Positions 36,601 through 47,559 of a stretch of DNA of 64,000 bases are shown one piece after another (position 1 is the first letter of the stretch; every line of letters starts with the position of its first letter). The notes beneath the pieces are model-generated. The model did not search any database. It saw nothing but the letters and a program-made list of their open reading frames with translations, and was not told the origin of the DNA. The translations under genes and the position numbers were made by a program. The stretch covers positions 27,972,210 to 28,036,209 of the forward strand of contig OZ316893.1 of the NCBI GenBank assembly GCA_973895155.1, given 5' to 3'. Origin of the DNA: Marsupella aquatica. Lineage: Eukaryota > Plantae > Marchantiophyta.

Positions 36601-37816
36601 CTGATGAGAATCAGGTTTATGTTGCCGTTCTTTGAGTGGTCAGGAGCCATAGGCTTCTCCCATCCCAAAGACTAGCTAGTACTTTAGGTTAGGAGGGAGG
36701 GCCAATAGTAGGGTCACGCAAATATTGCTGCTCGAATTAGAGAGAGAGCATGCGAGCCACCCTCATAACATAGCATTGATGGTAGATGAAAATACCTTGT
36801 ATCCCCACTGCCTGATACGAAAGCTTCACTAGTTTCATAATTTTGGAGTACATAGAAAAGTCTTTGATTTAGTGGAGGTGATTATGGAGTCATGGGCAGC
36901 AAGAGAAATCCGACTCAATTGCGGGAAGTATACCCTTCCACGTTTGGTCACCTTCCTCCAGACAGTAGGATGGCACGGAACGGTGAGGAATGAGATGCGA
37001 GTAATCTTCAATCCTTACTTCACCTCCCACCTTGTAGTATCCAATGAGTGGATGAGTTTTGTAGATCTTCCGGTCTTACCCCAATTCAGTCACATTGCTA
37101 TGATGCACTTTTATTCATTAGGGAAAGATCTGGGTGTAGTGGCCTGTGCAGGGGATACTATCCAGACCGATGAGTTCCCCTTTGATCTGACTGACTTACT
37201 CTTAGGCATTTGGGAGAAGCCTTCATTTTGAGAGAGGGTAACTCCTTACGGAGAATGTAATTAGATGGTTAGAAGAGAGTGTGCATAATTATAGGTTAGG
37301 GAATTACTTTGGGCCTGCGGAGTTCTGGACACCCCATCAGTTCTTCTGGGAGCTTGTAAATGAGGACGGGTTTGATCAACAATTAGAAACCAATCCCATA
37401 GCTATATATCACTCAGTATGGCAACATGATCTAGAGTGCCGCTGCCCCAGCATAACAAGGACCCACCATCAAGCCTTCTGGCTCAACTTAGACGATGGAT
37501 AAATGCCCTTACCCAACAGTATCTTTTTGGGCAATCACTTAAGGATCCCCGCTACTTCCGGTGGTACCATTTTGCGCATTCTTTAGTTGAGGTAGTGGAC
37601 CGATCCCCAAATTTTGGCCCTCCACCTAGACCCCAACTCACATGTCTGGGCACGCCACCAATTGGCTATGATTATCCATAACTTTCTAGTTAGGCGTCCG
37701 TAGATGGAGTGCCTTAGCTTGTTGTGATCGTGTCGACCCAGTGCTCATGCCTAGGCCTTTAGATTCTGTCATCGCTCGGGGCCCCCGAGAGGTCAAACCT
37801 GGGTCGGGTCGTAACA
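33622..37816 (+). mobile_element. Degenerate ~4.2-kb TG...CA-bounded element with a long decayed ORF (PMD-like, acidic, coiled coil)
   Basis: Starts TGTTGTGCCT (compare TGTGATGCCT at 58811 and 61706) and ends GGGTCGTAACA; LCEMFGLPG motif; chain of plus-strand ORF fragments 33888-37681. Confidence 0.5.
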
Positions 37817-39934
37817 CATGCCCCAAGCATTCGTTGTGCTTGAAGTAAACTCTATTAGCCTTGGGCACAGGACGAGCTCTCACTCAAGCCCTCATAACTC
37901 AAAGTCCGTTCGAGGGTCCAAATGGTTGACTTTGAGTCCAGCCCTTTCTCATGACTCGACCAACCCCCCCAGCTGGTCCGAGTCATTAGTGTGTGTCAAG
38001 TGTCTTGCCTTTACCAGTGCCACGCCTCATTACCCACAAGTTTTCTCATGCTAAATCCTCCCCGGATGGTCATTCCGAGCTTGGATCACAAGGGAACTCG
38101 ACGTCGGAGTCAGCGATACCGGAGCTAAATGTTAAGATAGTCAAGTTCTGCGACTGTGAGTCACCTTTGATACCAGTGGTGCTTAAACAACATAACAAAA
38201 ATGTTATGGGAGTCTAACATTGCCCCCAAGTAATCAATACTAGCCGAGTCTAAAGGTTTTAACATCAATTCCATGGGAGCCTTAATGTTTAAATAACTAT
38301 GTTATGGGAGTCCAAATGCTTAAATGTGGAGACCCGAGCATCGTATGCAAGAGACGTGCACAATGCTCTGCAAACACCTTGAAATGGCCCGAAGACCAGC
38401 CTCATTGCATGCACAGTGACCAGAAGGTATGAACCTTCCTATGGACTTGCACACAACTTGGCTAGCTATTATTGTGCGAGGGCAGTGTAGCAGGCATAAG
38501 GGAGGCCATCTAGAGGTGTTTAAGCATTGGAAGCCATCGGAGCTTGGACAAAGGAGATTGTTCTTGGAGGTGAATCACCTTGGTACACAATGAATGAAAA
38601 GGTAGGAGGTAATGCTGAGGCCTATGGGGCACCAAAGAAGGCTAGGTAGGCTTAATGAGTCAAGAATCCGACAACAGCAACACCAAGCCAAAAGGAGCCA
38701 AAACCAGATGGGTCGTGAGTTTGAAACAACAGTGGAGACTTGACAACAAAAAGATGATAAGTGGGCAGGTTGGACTCAGAGCAATCCAGTGGATTTTCAG
38801 CTGCAGTAGGGTATTGCCGGCCATTCCCACTCTTGCTAGCGAAATTTCCTGTTTGCTTGCATCATACAATACCTCATTGGGTGACTTTTGACTGTCAACA
38901 ATTGAGGAAAACAACTCACAACTCACATTGGCATTCTACTGTCAAGAAGATGCACAAATTACAGTTCATGATTGAATGCTGTTACGTTAGCTCAAAGGAA
39001 GAATGGTGTTCTTCTTCGACATCAATCTCATCCAAGCAAATTCAAATAAAAAAGAAGAGATAACGGATTAATCTCCCTCTTTAGACCTTCTCCAAGATGA
39101 ATCGATTTTCTTGAAGTAGGCATGGGCCCGGCAGAAGCAACAGACACATGCTCATCCACTATTCCTTGCAGAACTAGCTCCCTTCTCGGTTCACGTGCAG
39201 TGTCTATGAGCTTTCAGATTTCAATCATGCCATCAACGTAGCAAAAATTTCTACTGCAAATACAGCCCACTTTCCTGCCTTGTCCGATGATCCTTGAGGA
39301 TAGCAGTGTACAGTGCATCATTCTCATTCTCGCATAATTTCAGGACTTCCTCCTTCCCAAAACCCGGAGTAGTTAACATGCTTTAGAGTACCTTTCACGA
39401 CCTTATCTTGTGAATCTGCGAAGCTCAGAACAGTTGAGTTGCAGATGAAACTTCATATCTTTGGTTGAGTTCAGGGCTTTCTCTGCAAGTCTGAATCTGA
39501 TTGCTTAAAGTTTTATGCTGGTGGAGGTTGTCATCGGCGAATTTTATCTTCATGCCTTGATTTTACCGTCTCGTGTCAGCAAAGTAAGTTCCCGTCCAGT
39601 AGTATGTTCATGGCAAGGCAGCTACTGTATGCGAACCCTTCTTCTAATGTAACAACAAAATGTAACGACGATATCAAACGAACTCTCTACATGGCGGGCC
39701 AAGAGCTTGATTTCACGCATCTATGATTTCGACTCTCAAAAGTAAATTCCCTTAACATTCTCTTACATGAAAACGTCTTTCAGCCAGAAGAGGGCTAGTT
39801 ACAACCCCAAATTGCAGAATCTCAAAATTAATGTTACAGAATTGCAGCAACGAATACCTGATTGTACCTGCGCTGCCAGTGAGTACTGCTTCAGATCACT
39901 TTCCAGCCAGCCCAACACAGCTTTCAATCTGGGT

Positions 39935-42900
39935 TCACCAGTAATCACCACAAGAACAAATTCCATCTTTGAAATGGTGGAACCGATTTGCATCCCTCGC
40001 AATAATCTCGCGTCCGGTCACCCTAGAGATATACTTGGTTGCTGAGTGGCAATCTGAACACACCCGAAGGTTCTTATTTACACGAATTCGTTCTCCTAAA
40101 GGTAGGTGCATGAGTCCGTAAACAATAGCCAACTTCTCACTATGCGAGCAAAGAGCTAGCTCTTTATCCTCCTCATTGATATCATGCAACACAAGCTGGG
40201 TATCCGGAATGTAGCCTGCAGTCTTCAGTTTTTCACTCAATTTACTCAGCTCAGTATATATCGCCTTCGCTTCTGGGTGAGATGTGTCCCCCACAACAAA
40301 TTCATGGATCTTGTTATCAACATCAATCCAGCAACGTCCTGGTTCCTTCCGAACACCTCTCTCTTGCATCATAGTGCGCACAGATGACACCTTCTCCCAC
40401 TTCCCAGCTGCTGCATAGATATTGGAGAGCAGCACATATGTAGAGGCCTTACCGGGTTCCAACTTGAAAAGCTCGTTAGCGGCCAGTTCACCCAGCTCCA
40501 CGTTACCGTAAGTTCTACAAGCCCCAAGCAAGGCTGTCCAAGTCACATCATTTGGTTCGATCGGCATCTTACTGATGAACTGCTTTGCTTCCTCCAAGTG
40601 TCCCGCCCGCCCAAGAATATCCACCATGAGGTTATAGTGAACAGCAGTACGCTCGATACCATAATCTTGCGTCATAGCTGAAAAGATTCTACGGCCATCA
40701 TCAACAAGGCCTCCATGAGAACACGCTGACAACACAGCTATGAATGACGTCTCGGTGGGCTTCACATGGTCTGCATTCATTTGCCGGAAAAGTTCCAGGG
40801 CTTTATGCCCATGTCCGTGTTGTGCAAGTCCACCGATCATTATGTTCCATGTGATTACATCGCGTTTCCCGAGTCTGTCAAAAACTTGTTGGGCGTCATC
40901 TATACTGCCACTCTTTGCATACATGTGAACGAATGCGTTGCCCACACGCAGATCCGACTCCAGTCCGGCTTTCCAAGCGTGGCCATGAACCTCCTTCACC
41001 CACTGCAAAGCCCCCGCACTTGCAGATGCACTCAGAATACTCAGATAAGTGATTGCATCTGGTTCGAAGCCTTCAAGTCTCATTTGGAGAAACAGTCGAT
41101 ATGCTTCGTGCCCACATCCATGTTGTGCAAGTCCACCGATCATTACATTCCATGTGACTACATCGCGTTTCTCCATTCTGTCAAACACCAGTCGGGCGTC
41201 ATCTATACTGCTACTCGCTGCATACATGTGAACGAGTGCATTGCCCACACGCAAATCCGACTCCAGTCCGGCTTTGCTAGCGTGGCCATGAACCTCCTTC
41301 ACCCACTCCAAAGCCCCCGCACTTGCAGATGCACTCAGAATACTCAGATAAGTGATTGCATCTGGTTCGAAGCCGTCAAGTCTCATTTGGAGAAACAGTC
41401 GATATGCTTCTTGCCCACATCCATGTTGTGCAAGTCCACCGATCATTATATTCCATGTGACAACATCACGTTTCTCCATTCTGTCGAAAACCAGTCGGGC
41501 ATCATCTATACTGCCACTTTTTGCATACATGTGAACCAGCGCACTACCCACACGCAAATCTGACTCTAGTCCCGCTTTGCTAGCATGGCCATGAACTTCC
41601 TTCACCCATTCCAAAGCCCCCTCACTTGCAGATGCATTGAGAATACTAGCATAAGTAAATGCATTTGCTTCGAAGCCTTCACGTCTCATTCGAAGAAACA
41701 GTCTATATGCTTCCTCCCCACATCCATGTTGTGCAAGTCCACCGATCATTACAGTCCATGTGAATACATCGCGTTTCTCCATTCTGTCAAAAACCAGTCG
41801 AGCATTATCTATACTGCCACTCTTTGCATACATGTGAACGAGTGCATTGCCCACACGCAAATCCGACTCCAGTCCGGCTTTGCTAGCGTGGCCATGAACC
41901 TCCTTCACCCACTCCAAAGCCCGCGCACTTGCAGATACATTCAGGATGCTCAGATAAGTGATTGCATCTGGTTCGAAGCCTTCCAGTCTCATTTGGAGAA
42001 ACAATCGATATGCTTCATACCCACATCCATGTTGTGCAAGTCCCCCAATCATGGTATTCCATGTTACAACGTCACGTTTCTCCATTCTGTCGAAAACCAG
42101 TCGGGCATCATCTATACTGCCACTCTTGGTATACATGTGAACGAGTGCACTGCCCACACGCAACTTCGACTCAAGTCGGGCTTTGCTAGCGTGGCCATGA
42201 ACCTCCTTCACCCACTGCAAATCCCCCGGACTTGCAGATGCACTCAGAATACTCACATAAGTGAATGCATCTGGTTCAAAGCCTTCCCTTCTCATTTGGA
42301 GAAACATTCGATATGCTTCATGCCCACATCCATGTTGTGCAAGTCCTCCTATCATTACATTCCATGTGATTACATCGCGTTTCTCCATTCTGTCAAAAAC
42401 CAGTCGAGCATTATCTATACTGCCACTCTTTGCATACATGTGAACGAGTGCATTGCCCACACGCAAATCCGACTCCAGTCCGGCTTTGCTAGCGTGGCCA
42501 TGAATCTCCTTCACCCACTCCAAAGCACCCTCACTTGCAGATGCATTCAGGATACTCAGATAAGTGATTGCATCTGGTTCGAATCCTTCCCGTCTCATTT
42601 GGAGGAATAGTCGATATGCTTCCACACCATGACCAGTTTCTGCATATGCTCTAAGCATCGCAGTCCATGTCACTCCATCACGTTTCTCCATTCTGTCAAA
42701 AACTAGTCGGGCGTCATCGATACTGCCACTCTTTGCATACATCAGTAGGAGGGCAGTCCCTACACGCACATCTGATTCAAAGCCAGTCTGTCGAATATAC
42801 ACATGAACTTCCTTTCCCCATTTTAGAGCTGACGGGTAGGCACATGCCTTCAGGATGCTCAGATATGTATTCTCATTAGGCTGTACGCCTTCTTGGCGCA

Positions 42901-44296
42901 TTTGATTGAAAAGCTTTAGTGCAGATTCAGCATGATCATTCTTAGCATATCCCGCAATCATGTTGTTCCAAGTAATAACACTTTTCTTCTCAAGTTGATC
43001 AAAAACTCGGCGGGCATCCAACAATGCCCCACATTTGATATACACATTCAGGAGGGTTACCGCCACATATTCATTCTTATCCATTCCACTCTGGATGATG
43101 TGGTGTCGCACCTGCTTCGCGGCTAAAAGGTCTTTCTGTTTCGAGCACATCTGCAGAACTTTCACATATGTGTACGAGTTCGTAGTAATGCCTCGTTGTA
43201 GTCGATTCTGCAACACAGTAACTGCTTGACTCGTGGTCTCCGCGCTATGCATGTCACTACTGCCATTCCGTTGTGCATTGTTTCGAGACCAATCTCTGCT
43301 GCCACAATCGGAAAGAGATCGCAATCCGCCTTGGCCAATCAAATCGAGCCCTGCCTCCCTCCAATTTTCTTTCCGGAGCAACTCCTCGGTTATCAGGTGT
43401 TGCCTTCCTAAATTCTCAGTCACCGCTTCTTCACAGATAGCTGAAGATTGCTCCTCTTCCTCCCTGGATAGAGGTTCCGGCTCTCGAATATCTTGTACAC
43501 CATCCGCTGTTATACATCTGGTTAATTTCGATTTTATGTCACTTGTTCCTTCGAGTTGCACTTTCAAGCTGTCAGTGTTCTGTTGAAGTGATTCAATCCC
43601 ACCAACGACTGTACGTGAAGGGTTCCGCTTATGCTCGATCATCTTTGCAGCTTCCCTCCACTTGGCAGCTCCTGGTCGAGTTTGAAGGGATGGTGCCTCC
43701 AGCTGTGCAATATGGTTGTCATGCCCCGTTACACTTTGAAAACCAGCGCGGGCTTCAGCTTCCCCGTTGTATTCAGGCTGTGCTGATTGAGCTTCCCTCC
43801 CATACACGGCAGCATTCTTCTGAAGCCTCCACTGGTTCCGCTTCTGCTCGATCATCTTTGCAGCTTCCCTCCACTTGGCAGCTCCTGGACGAGTTTTAGG
43901 GGATGGTGACTCCAGCTGTGCTACATGGTTGTCATGCCCCGTTACACTTTGAAAACCAGCGCGGGCTTCAGCTTCCCCGTTGTATTCAGACTGTGCTGAT
44001 TGAACTTCCCTCCCATACAGCTTGACGACTTTCTTATGAAGCCTGCACTGATCACGAAATGCGTCGAGCTCGTGCTGCACCCGCTGTAGGCACGGGCTGT
44101 AAATTTCTGCTACGCCAGACATCTGCCGGATGACGGGGCCCAAAATTCCATATGCACAAGATTCCAATCTGCCTTGAGTAATCAATTTGAGCCTTGCCTT
44201 CGCCCATGCTGGAGTGGAGCAGCCATCCACCCAAAGTGCTTTCCTTGTCATCTTATGATTAAAGTCAGGAGTCTGGGCTTCCTCTGTGAGCACCAC
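39935..44296 (-). CDS. PLS-class PPR protein with E1/E2/DYW cytidine deaminase domain (organellar C-to-U RNA editing factor)
   Basis: Uninterrupted 1453-codon ORF (first ATG at 44251); 26 PPR motifs (L-S-P repeats then P2-L2-S2); PG box KEPGRCW; HSEKLA; KNLRVCSDCH; terminal CSCGDYW. Confidence 0.97.
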   Translation of the reverse strand: MVLTEEAQTPDFNHKMTRKALWVDGCSTPAWAKARLKLITQGRLESCAYGILGPVIRQMSGVAEIYSPCLQRVQHELDAFRDQCRLHKKVVKLYGREVQSAQSEYNGEAEARAGFQSVTGHDNHVAQLESPSPKTRPGAAKWREAAKMIEQKRNQWRLQKNAAVYGREAQSAQPEYNGEAEARAGFQSVTGHDNHIAQLEAPSLQTRPGAAKWREAAKMIEHKRNPSRTVVGGIESLQQNTDSLKVQLEGTSDIKSKLTRCITADGVQDIREPEPLSREEEEQSSAICEEAVTENLGRQHLITEELLRKENWREAGLDLIGQGGLRSLSDCGSRDWSRNNAQRNGSSDMHSAETTSQAVTVLQNRLQRGITTNSYTYVKVLQMCSKQKDLLAAKQVRHHIIQSGMDKNEYVAVTLLNVYIKCGALLDARRVFDQLEKKSVITWNNMIAGYAKNDHAESALKLFNQMRQEGVQPNENTYLSILKACAYPSALKWGKEVHVYIRQTGFESDVRVGTALLLMYAKSGSIDDARLVFDRMEKRDGVTWTAMLRAYAETGHGVEAYRLFLQMRREGFEPDAITYLSILNASASEGALEWVKEIHGHASKAGLESDLRVGNALVHMYAKSGSIDNARLVFDRMEKRDVITWNVMIGGLAQHGCGHEAYRMFLQMRREGFEPDAFTYVSILSASASPGDLQWVKEVHGHASKARLESKLRVGSALVHMYTKSGSIDDARLVFDRMEKRDVVTWNTMIGGLAQHGCGYEAYRLFLQMRLEGFEPDAITYLSILNVSASARALEWVKEVHGHASKAGLESDLRVGNALVHMYAKSGSIDNARLVFDRMEKRDVFTWTVMIGGLAQHGCGEEAYRLFLRMRREGFEANAFTYASILNASASEGALEWVKEVHGHASKAGLESDLRVGSALVHMYAKSGSIDDARLVFDRMEKRDVVTWNIMIGGLAQHGCGQEAYRLFLQMRLDGFEPDAITYLSILSASASAGALEWVKEVHGHASKAGLESDLRVGNALVHMYAASSSIDDARLVFDRMEKRDVVTWNVMIGGLAQHGCGHEAYRLFLQMRLEGFEPDAITYLSILSASASAGALQWVKEVHGHAWKAGLESDLRVGNAFVHMYAKSGSIDDAQQVFDRLGKRDVITWNIMIGGLAQHGHGHKALELFRQMNADHVKPTETSFIAVLSACSHGGLVDDGRRIFSAMTQDYGIERTAVHYNLMVDILGRAGHLEEAKQFISKMPIEPNDVTWTALLGACRTYGNVELGELAANELFKLEPGKASTYVLLSNIYAAAGKWEKVSSVRTMMQERGVRKEPGRCWIDVDNKIHEFVVGDTSHPEAKAIYTELSKLSEKLKTAGYIPDTQLVLHDINEEDKELALCSHSEKLAIVYGLMHLPLGERIRVNKNLRVCSDCHSATKYISRVTGREIIARDANRFHHFKDGICSCGDYW
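40740..42870 (-). repeat. ~7 near-identical 303-bp (101-aa) PLS triplet repeats
   Basis: Shadow ORFs recur at 41049, 41352, 41958 and 42261 (multiples of 303); the DNA units are visibly near-identical. Confidence 0.95.
43621..44046 (-). repeat. 213-bp (71-aa) tandem duplication in the PPR N-terminal extension
   Basis: ggttccgctt at 43621 and 43834; peptide YGRE.QSAQ.EYNGEAEARAGFQSVTGHDNH.AQLE...RPGAAKWREAAKMIE occurs twice. Confidence 0.93.
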
Positions 44297-44639
44297 AACC
44301 CACGATCAGATCGACCAGCACAAAATGCAAGCGACTCCATTAGGTGCAATGAATTGTTTTTGATTTGTTTCTGCAGTCAAGACCATATCTCTACAATCAA
44401 ACGCTAACGACAGGAAAGCAGACCGGTAAGTCCCTGGTTCTTGGGCTAGGACACTACCTCCGTCCAAAGATATATTTTCTTGTCTCCCGTGACCTGCTGC
44501 TATATTTCGTACGGAAACGTGTAAAAGCGATATAACTCGGTTTCAATTGAGAGTAACGGCGATCTGTCGAGAATGCAATGGTCTCAGAATATACGGAAAT
44601 AATTGTGAGAGGCATATCCAGATAGCTAAATAATCTATA

Positions 44640-45951
44640 TGCTCGTTCACACTCCAGTCCACTTTGCAGTCCGGGCCGTATGGAAATGCAGGGGAATCAT
44701 TGTTTGGCAACTCGGTGATCACTGGATCAATGATGCCAGCGTTGGCCATATCCACATCAACACCTGAGAGTGTAAAAACCAAATACGAGAACAAATCCAA
44801 CGTTAGGCATCAAGAAGAGTCGACTCCTCCACATCAAACCAAGGTAGGGATAAGTCCCCAAACATTACATTCTCACTAAAGCAAATCCACCTAACTAGGA
44901 CAGAGTTGAGCTCTCTTCTAAAGGTTTTCCCTTCTCTACTAGGACTTTCGCATGTTTGTATTAGAGCCTTTTCCCAAATTTTTGGATGCTGCACAACTCA
45001 AGGTACACCAGAATTTGTATTGCAATTACAAACAATTTTAGTGAAAGCTGAATCCTTCTAAATTTTACACCAACCACGCCGCTTGAAAGGGGCAAAACTA
45101 AATTCATCGACTGCAATTGCTTAATTAATTCAACAATGCCAGTGCTGCAACGGCTCGTTATTTTCAACTGCTGCATCTCCCTAATCATAATAGAACATGA
45201 AGAAATCAATTGTAAAAGTCACACACCTCTTGCCTCATCGTATCCAATCTCTAGGCTCTGCCGCTCCAGAAGCTTGCCCACCACAACTGCTCCTTCCACT
45301 CCAGCATTTTGTGCTACGATGTACGCAGGCATCTGTCCAAATCATTTGACAAGTGTTGCTAACACACTGTAGCAAGCCAAAATCAACAGCTGTCATGCTC
45401 CAAGTCCTTAAAACTTAAAACTTTTGGGAACTTAACAACTGAAATAAATAAGGAGCTATATAACCTCGGTCAAGCTTCGTGCCTTCCACTACTTCTAGTT
45501 CGTTGTAAAGATTCTTTCCGTCCTCCCACATCGCATTTATCTATACTATACAGAAGAAAGAACGACGGGAATTTCAGTGAGGTTTAAATAGGAGGACCAG
45601 GATCTGTAGGCAAGTTTGCAAAGGCCTCTGCCACCGTCACACCATCCCTACCACCTTTACGATAACCAAAACTTTGCTCTGTAACCATATTTTGACCTTG
45701 GAAAAGAGTTACAGATTCACACAGCAATGAGTGACTAGTACAAGGATGTCACGCACCTACGACACACCTAGACATAAGTTTACGAAGAGCGGACAACGTT
45801 TACGTTAAGCAGCTGTCTTCTATAACTTTGGGCCCATGGTACCCTTCTCAGCATCCGGTAATTCGTCAACACTTTGGACTGTAAGAGCCCTCGAATCGCC
45901 TCGACTCCAAACCTGGTATCCTTTGATCCATAATTTCGCACCAGTTTCGAC
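44640..45951 (-). pseudogene. CPN60: Mitochondrial chaperonin-60 (HSP60/GroEL) pseudogene with introns and internal deletions
   Basis: Five exon-like blocks in the correct order: RNYGSKDTRFGVEA../VDELPDAEKGTMGPK (45826-45951); GQNMVTEQSFG...RDGVTVA (~45623-45697); DGKNLYNELEVVEGTKLDRGYIAPY (~45443-45522); MPAYIVAQNAGVEGAVVVGKLLE...GYDEARG (45227-45332); VDMANAGIIDPVITELP (from 44763). Confidence 0.92.
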
Positions 45952-47559
45952 CTGCTGCATTCTGCAATCTCAACTCCCAATCAGACCAACACAAGAGCAT
46001 CTGTCTGCTAATTGCGTTAAGGACAAACGCTCGGACTGCTACGATCTCAAACACAGTACAAATGGACGGAGAGTTACAGTTCACCTCAAATGCTGTAATT
46101 CGAGAGTATGAGGTCGTGAACACTACTTCTTCATATGCTTCCTAGTTAGTACAATACAACTATGTCTGCTAGCGACTCTACAATCTGCTCGATGGATAAA
46201 ATCTACCGGCAGTGGACGGAACCTTTGGAACTGGGGAATTGAATAATCCAATCTATCCAGGGCCAATTCAGCAGTGAACTATTCGGACAGGAGGGTTCGT
46301 AGTGCACATAGATACTGGAGTAACCTGCCACTTCCCATCGCACTGTTGAACGAATCGGGAATTCGTCTACATACACATGTGCTCGCTGTAACCCTTGGCA
46401 AAGCCGAAGGATCTTGCTTAAAACACTGTCTCACGATGTTTAAAATCATTCTTCCCTGCCCCGAGTGACTCTTCAGAGCCCTGAAATTATTCGATAGTCA
46501 CGCCTACTACGATTACCGCCTTATTAGTACGCTAGAAGGGAATTCCATACTCACTTGTTCACTTGTTGAAGAGCAAATCTTCTGCAAGGTGAAGCATGCC
46601 GAGGAAAGGGTCAGCAACTTAGTGGAGAATCGGAAACTCTAGCTAAAAAACACATCTTCCCGGGTGATCGCTACACCAGCGAACGTTCACAAACACGTCC
46701 TAAAGTATCCCATATTGTCACCAATCCTCACTTCCTTATAGAAGACACAGATTTCTCCGTGGATTATTTTGTGCACAGTGACACTAGGGGAAGAAATGAT
46801 GAAGAAGCTAAATATGTTTTCAAAGACTCTGTAAATCCAAGCTCCCAGTTAGCAAATCCATCTTATTCTACGTCATTACCGAAATCTCATGCCCTAAAAA
46901 GATGCCCGGCTGAATCCTACTGTGTCCCAGAATACAGATCCCGGCTCATACACAACCTCAGGAAAAGATAAACCCGGGACCTGATCACCTCTTCCGCTTA
47001 CTACGACCGTGTCGCAGCAGGGATTCCAATGACTAAGACAAAAGAAAATGCACTAAGAGATGGGGTGAATAACCGACTGACAGCCAAGAATAGAAGAGCA
47101 AACTCACCTTGCAGCACTCACAAAATGCTCCTGTCCCCGGCTCTGCATTGTCGCTGCCCGCTGACTTCTCGCATGAAGCACTACTAACTCCAAACCTGCA
47201 TTTGTTGTATGTCATGTTGTCAAGCCATATAACATACAGTATGTCCTTATGTTAAAATTTACACCATTTGAATAAAATTCAGGTTTTTCTGGCACTTGAA
47301 CCATTTTGCCTTCAAGTTTTGCATTTTGATGAAAACAATTCTTAAGTGAGTTTTGATCCACTATTCTTATTACTTTATCACATCTATTTTGTCTCAAGCA
47401 CTTGTTGGTACTCATCTCTATTGATGCTCAAAGAAGGGGTAATGGGAGCTAGTATATCAATCTGCCAAAAAGGAGGAGGGCTGAACCGGGAGACCTGATC
47501 CCAAAGACCAAAAACCCAATTAAGGGGGAACAAGAAAAATACCAAAAAGCCAAAAGGAC

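Noticed and set aside
38165-38235. PBS-like (TTTGATACCA) and PPT-like (TTGCCCCCAAG) words close together
   Set aside because: No matching LTR pair or TSD was found, so no element could be delimited.
40740-43126. Plus-strand ORFs of up to 341 aa
   Set aside because: Antisense shadows of the 303-bp PPR repeats.
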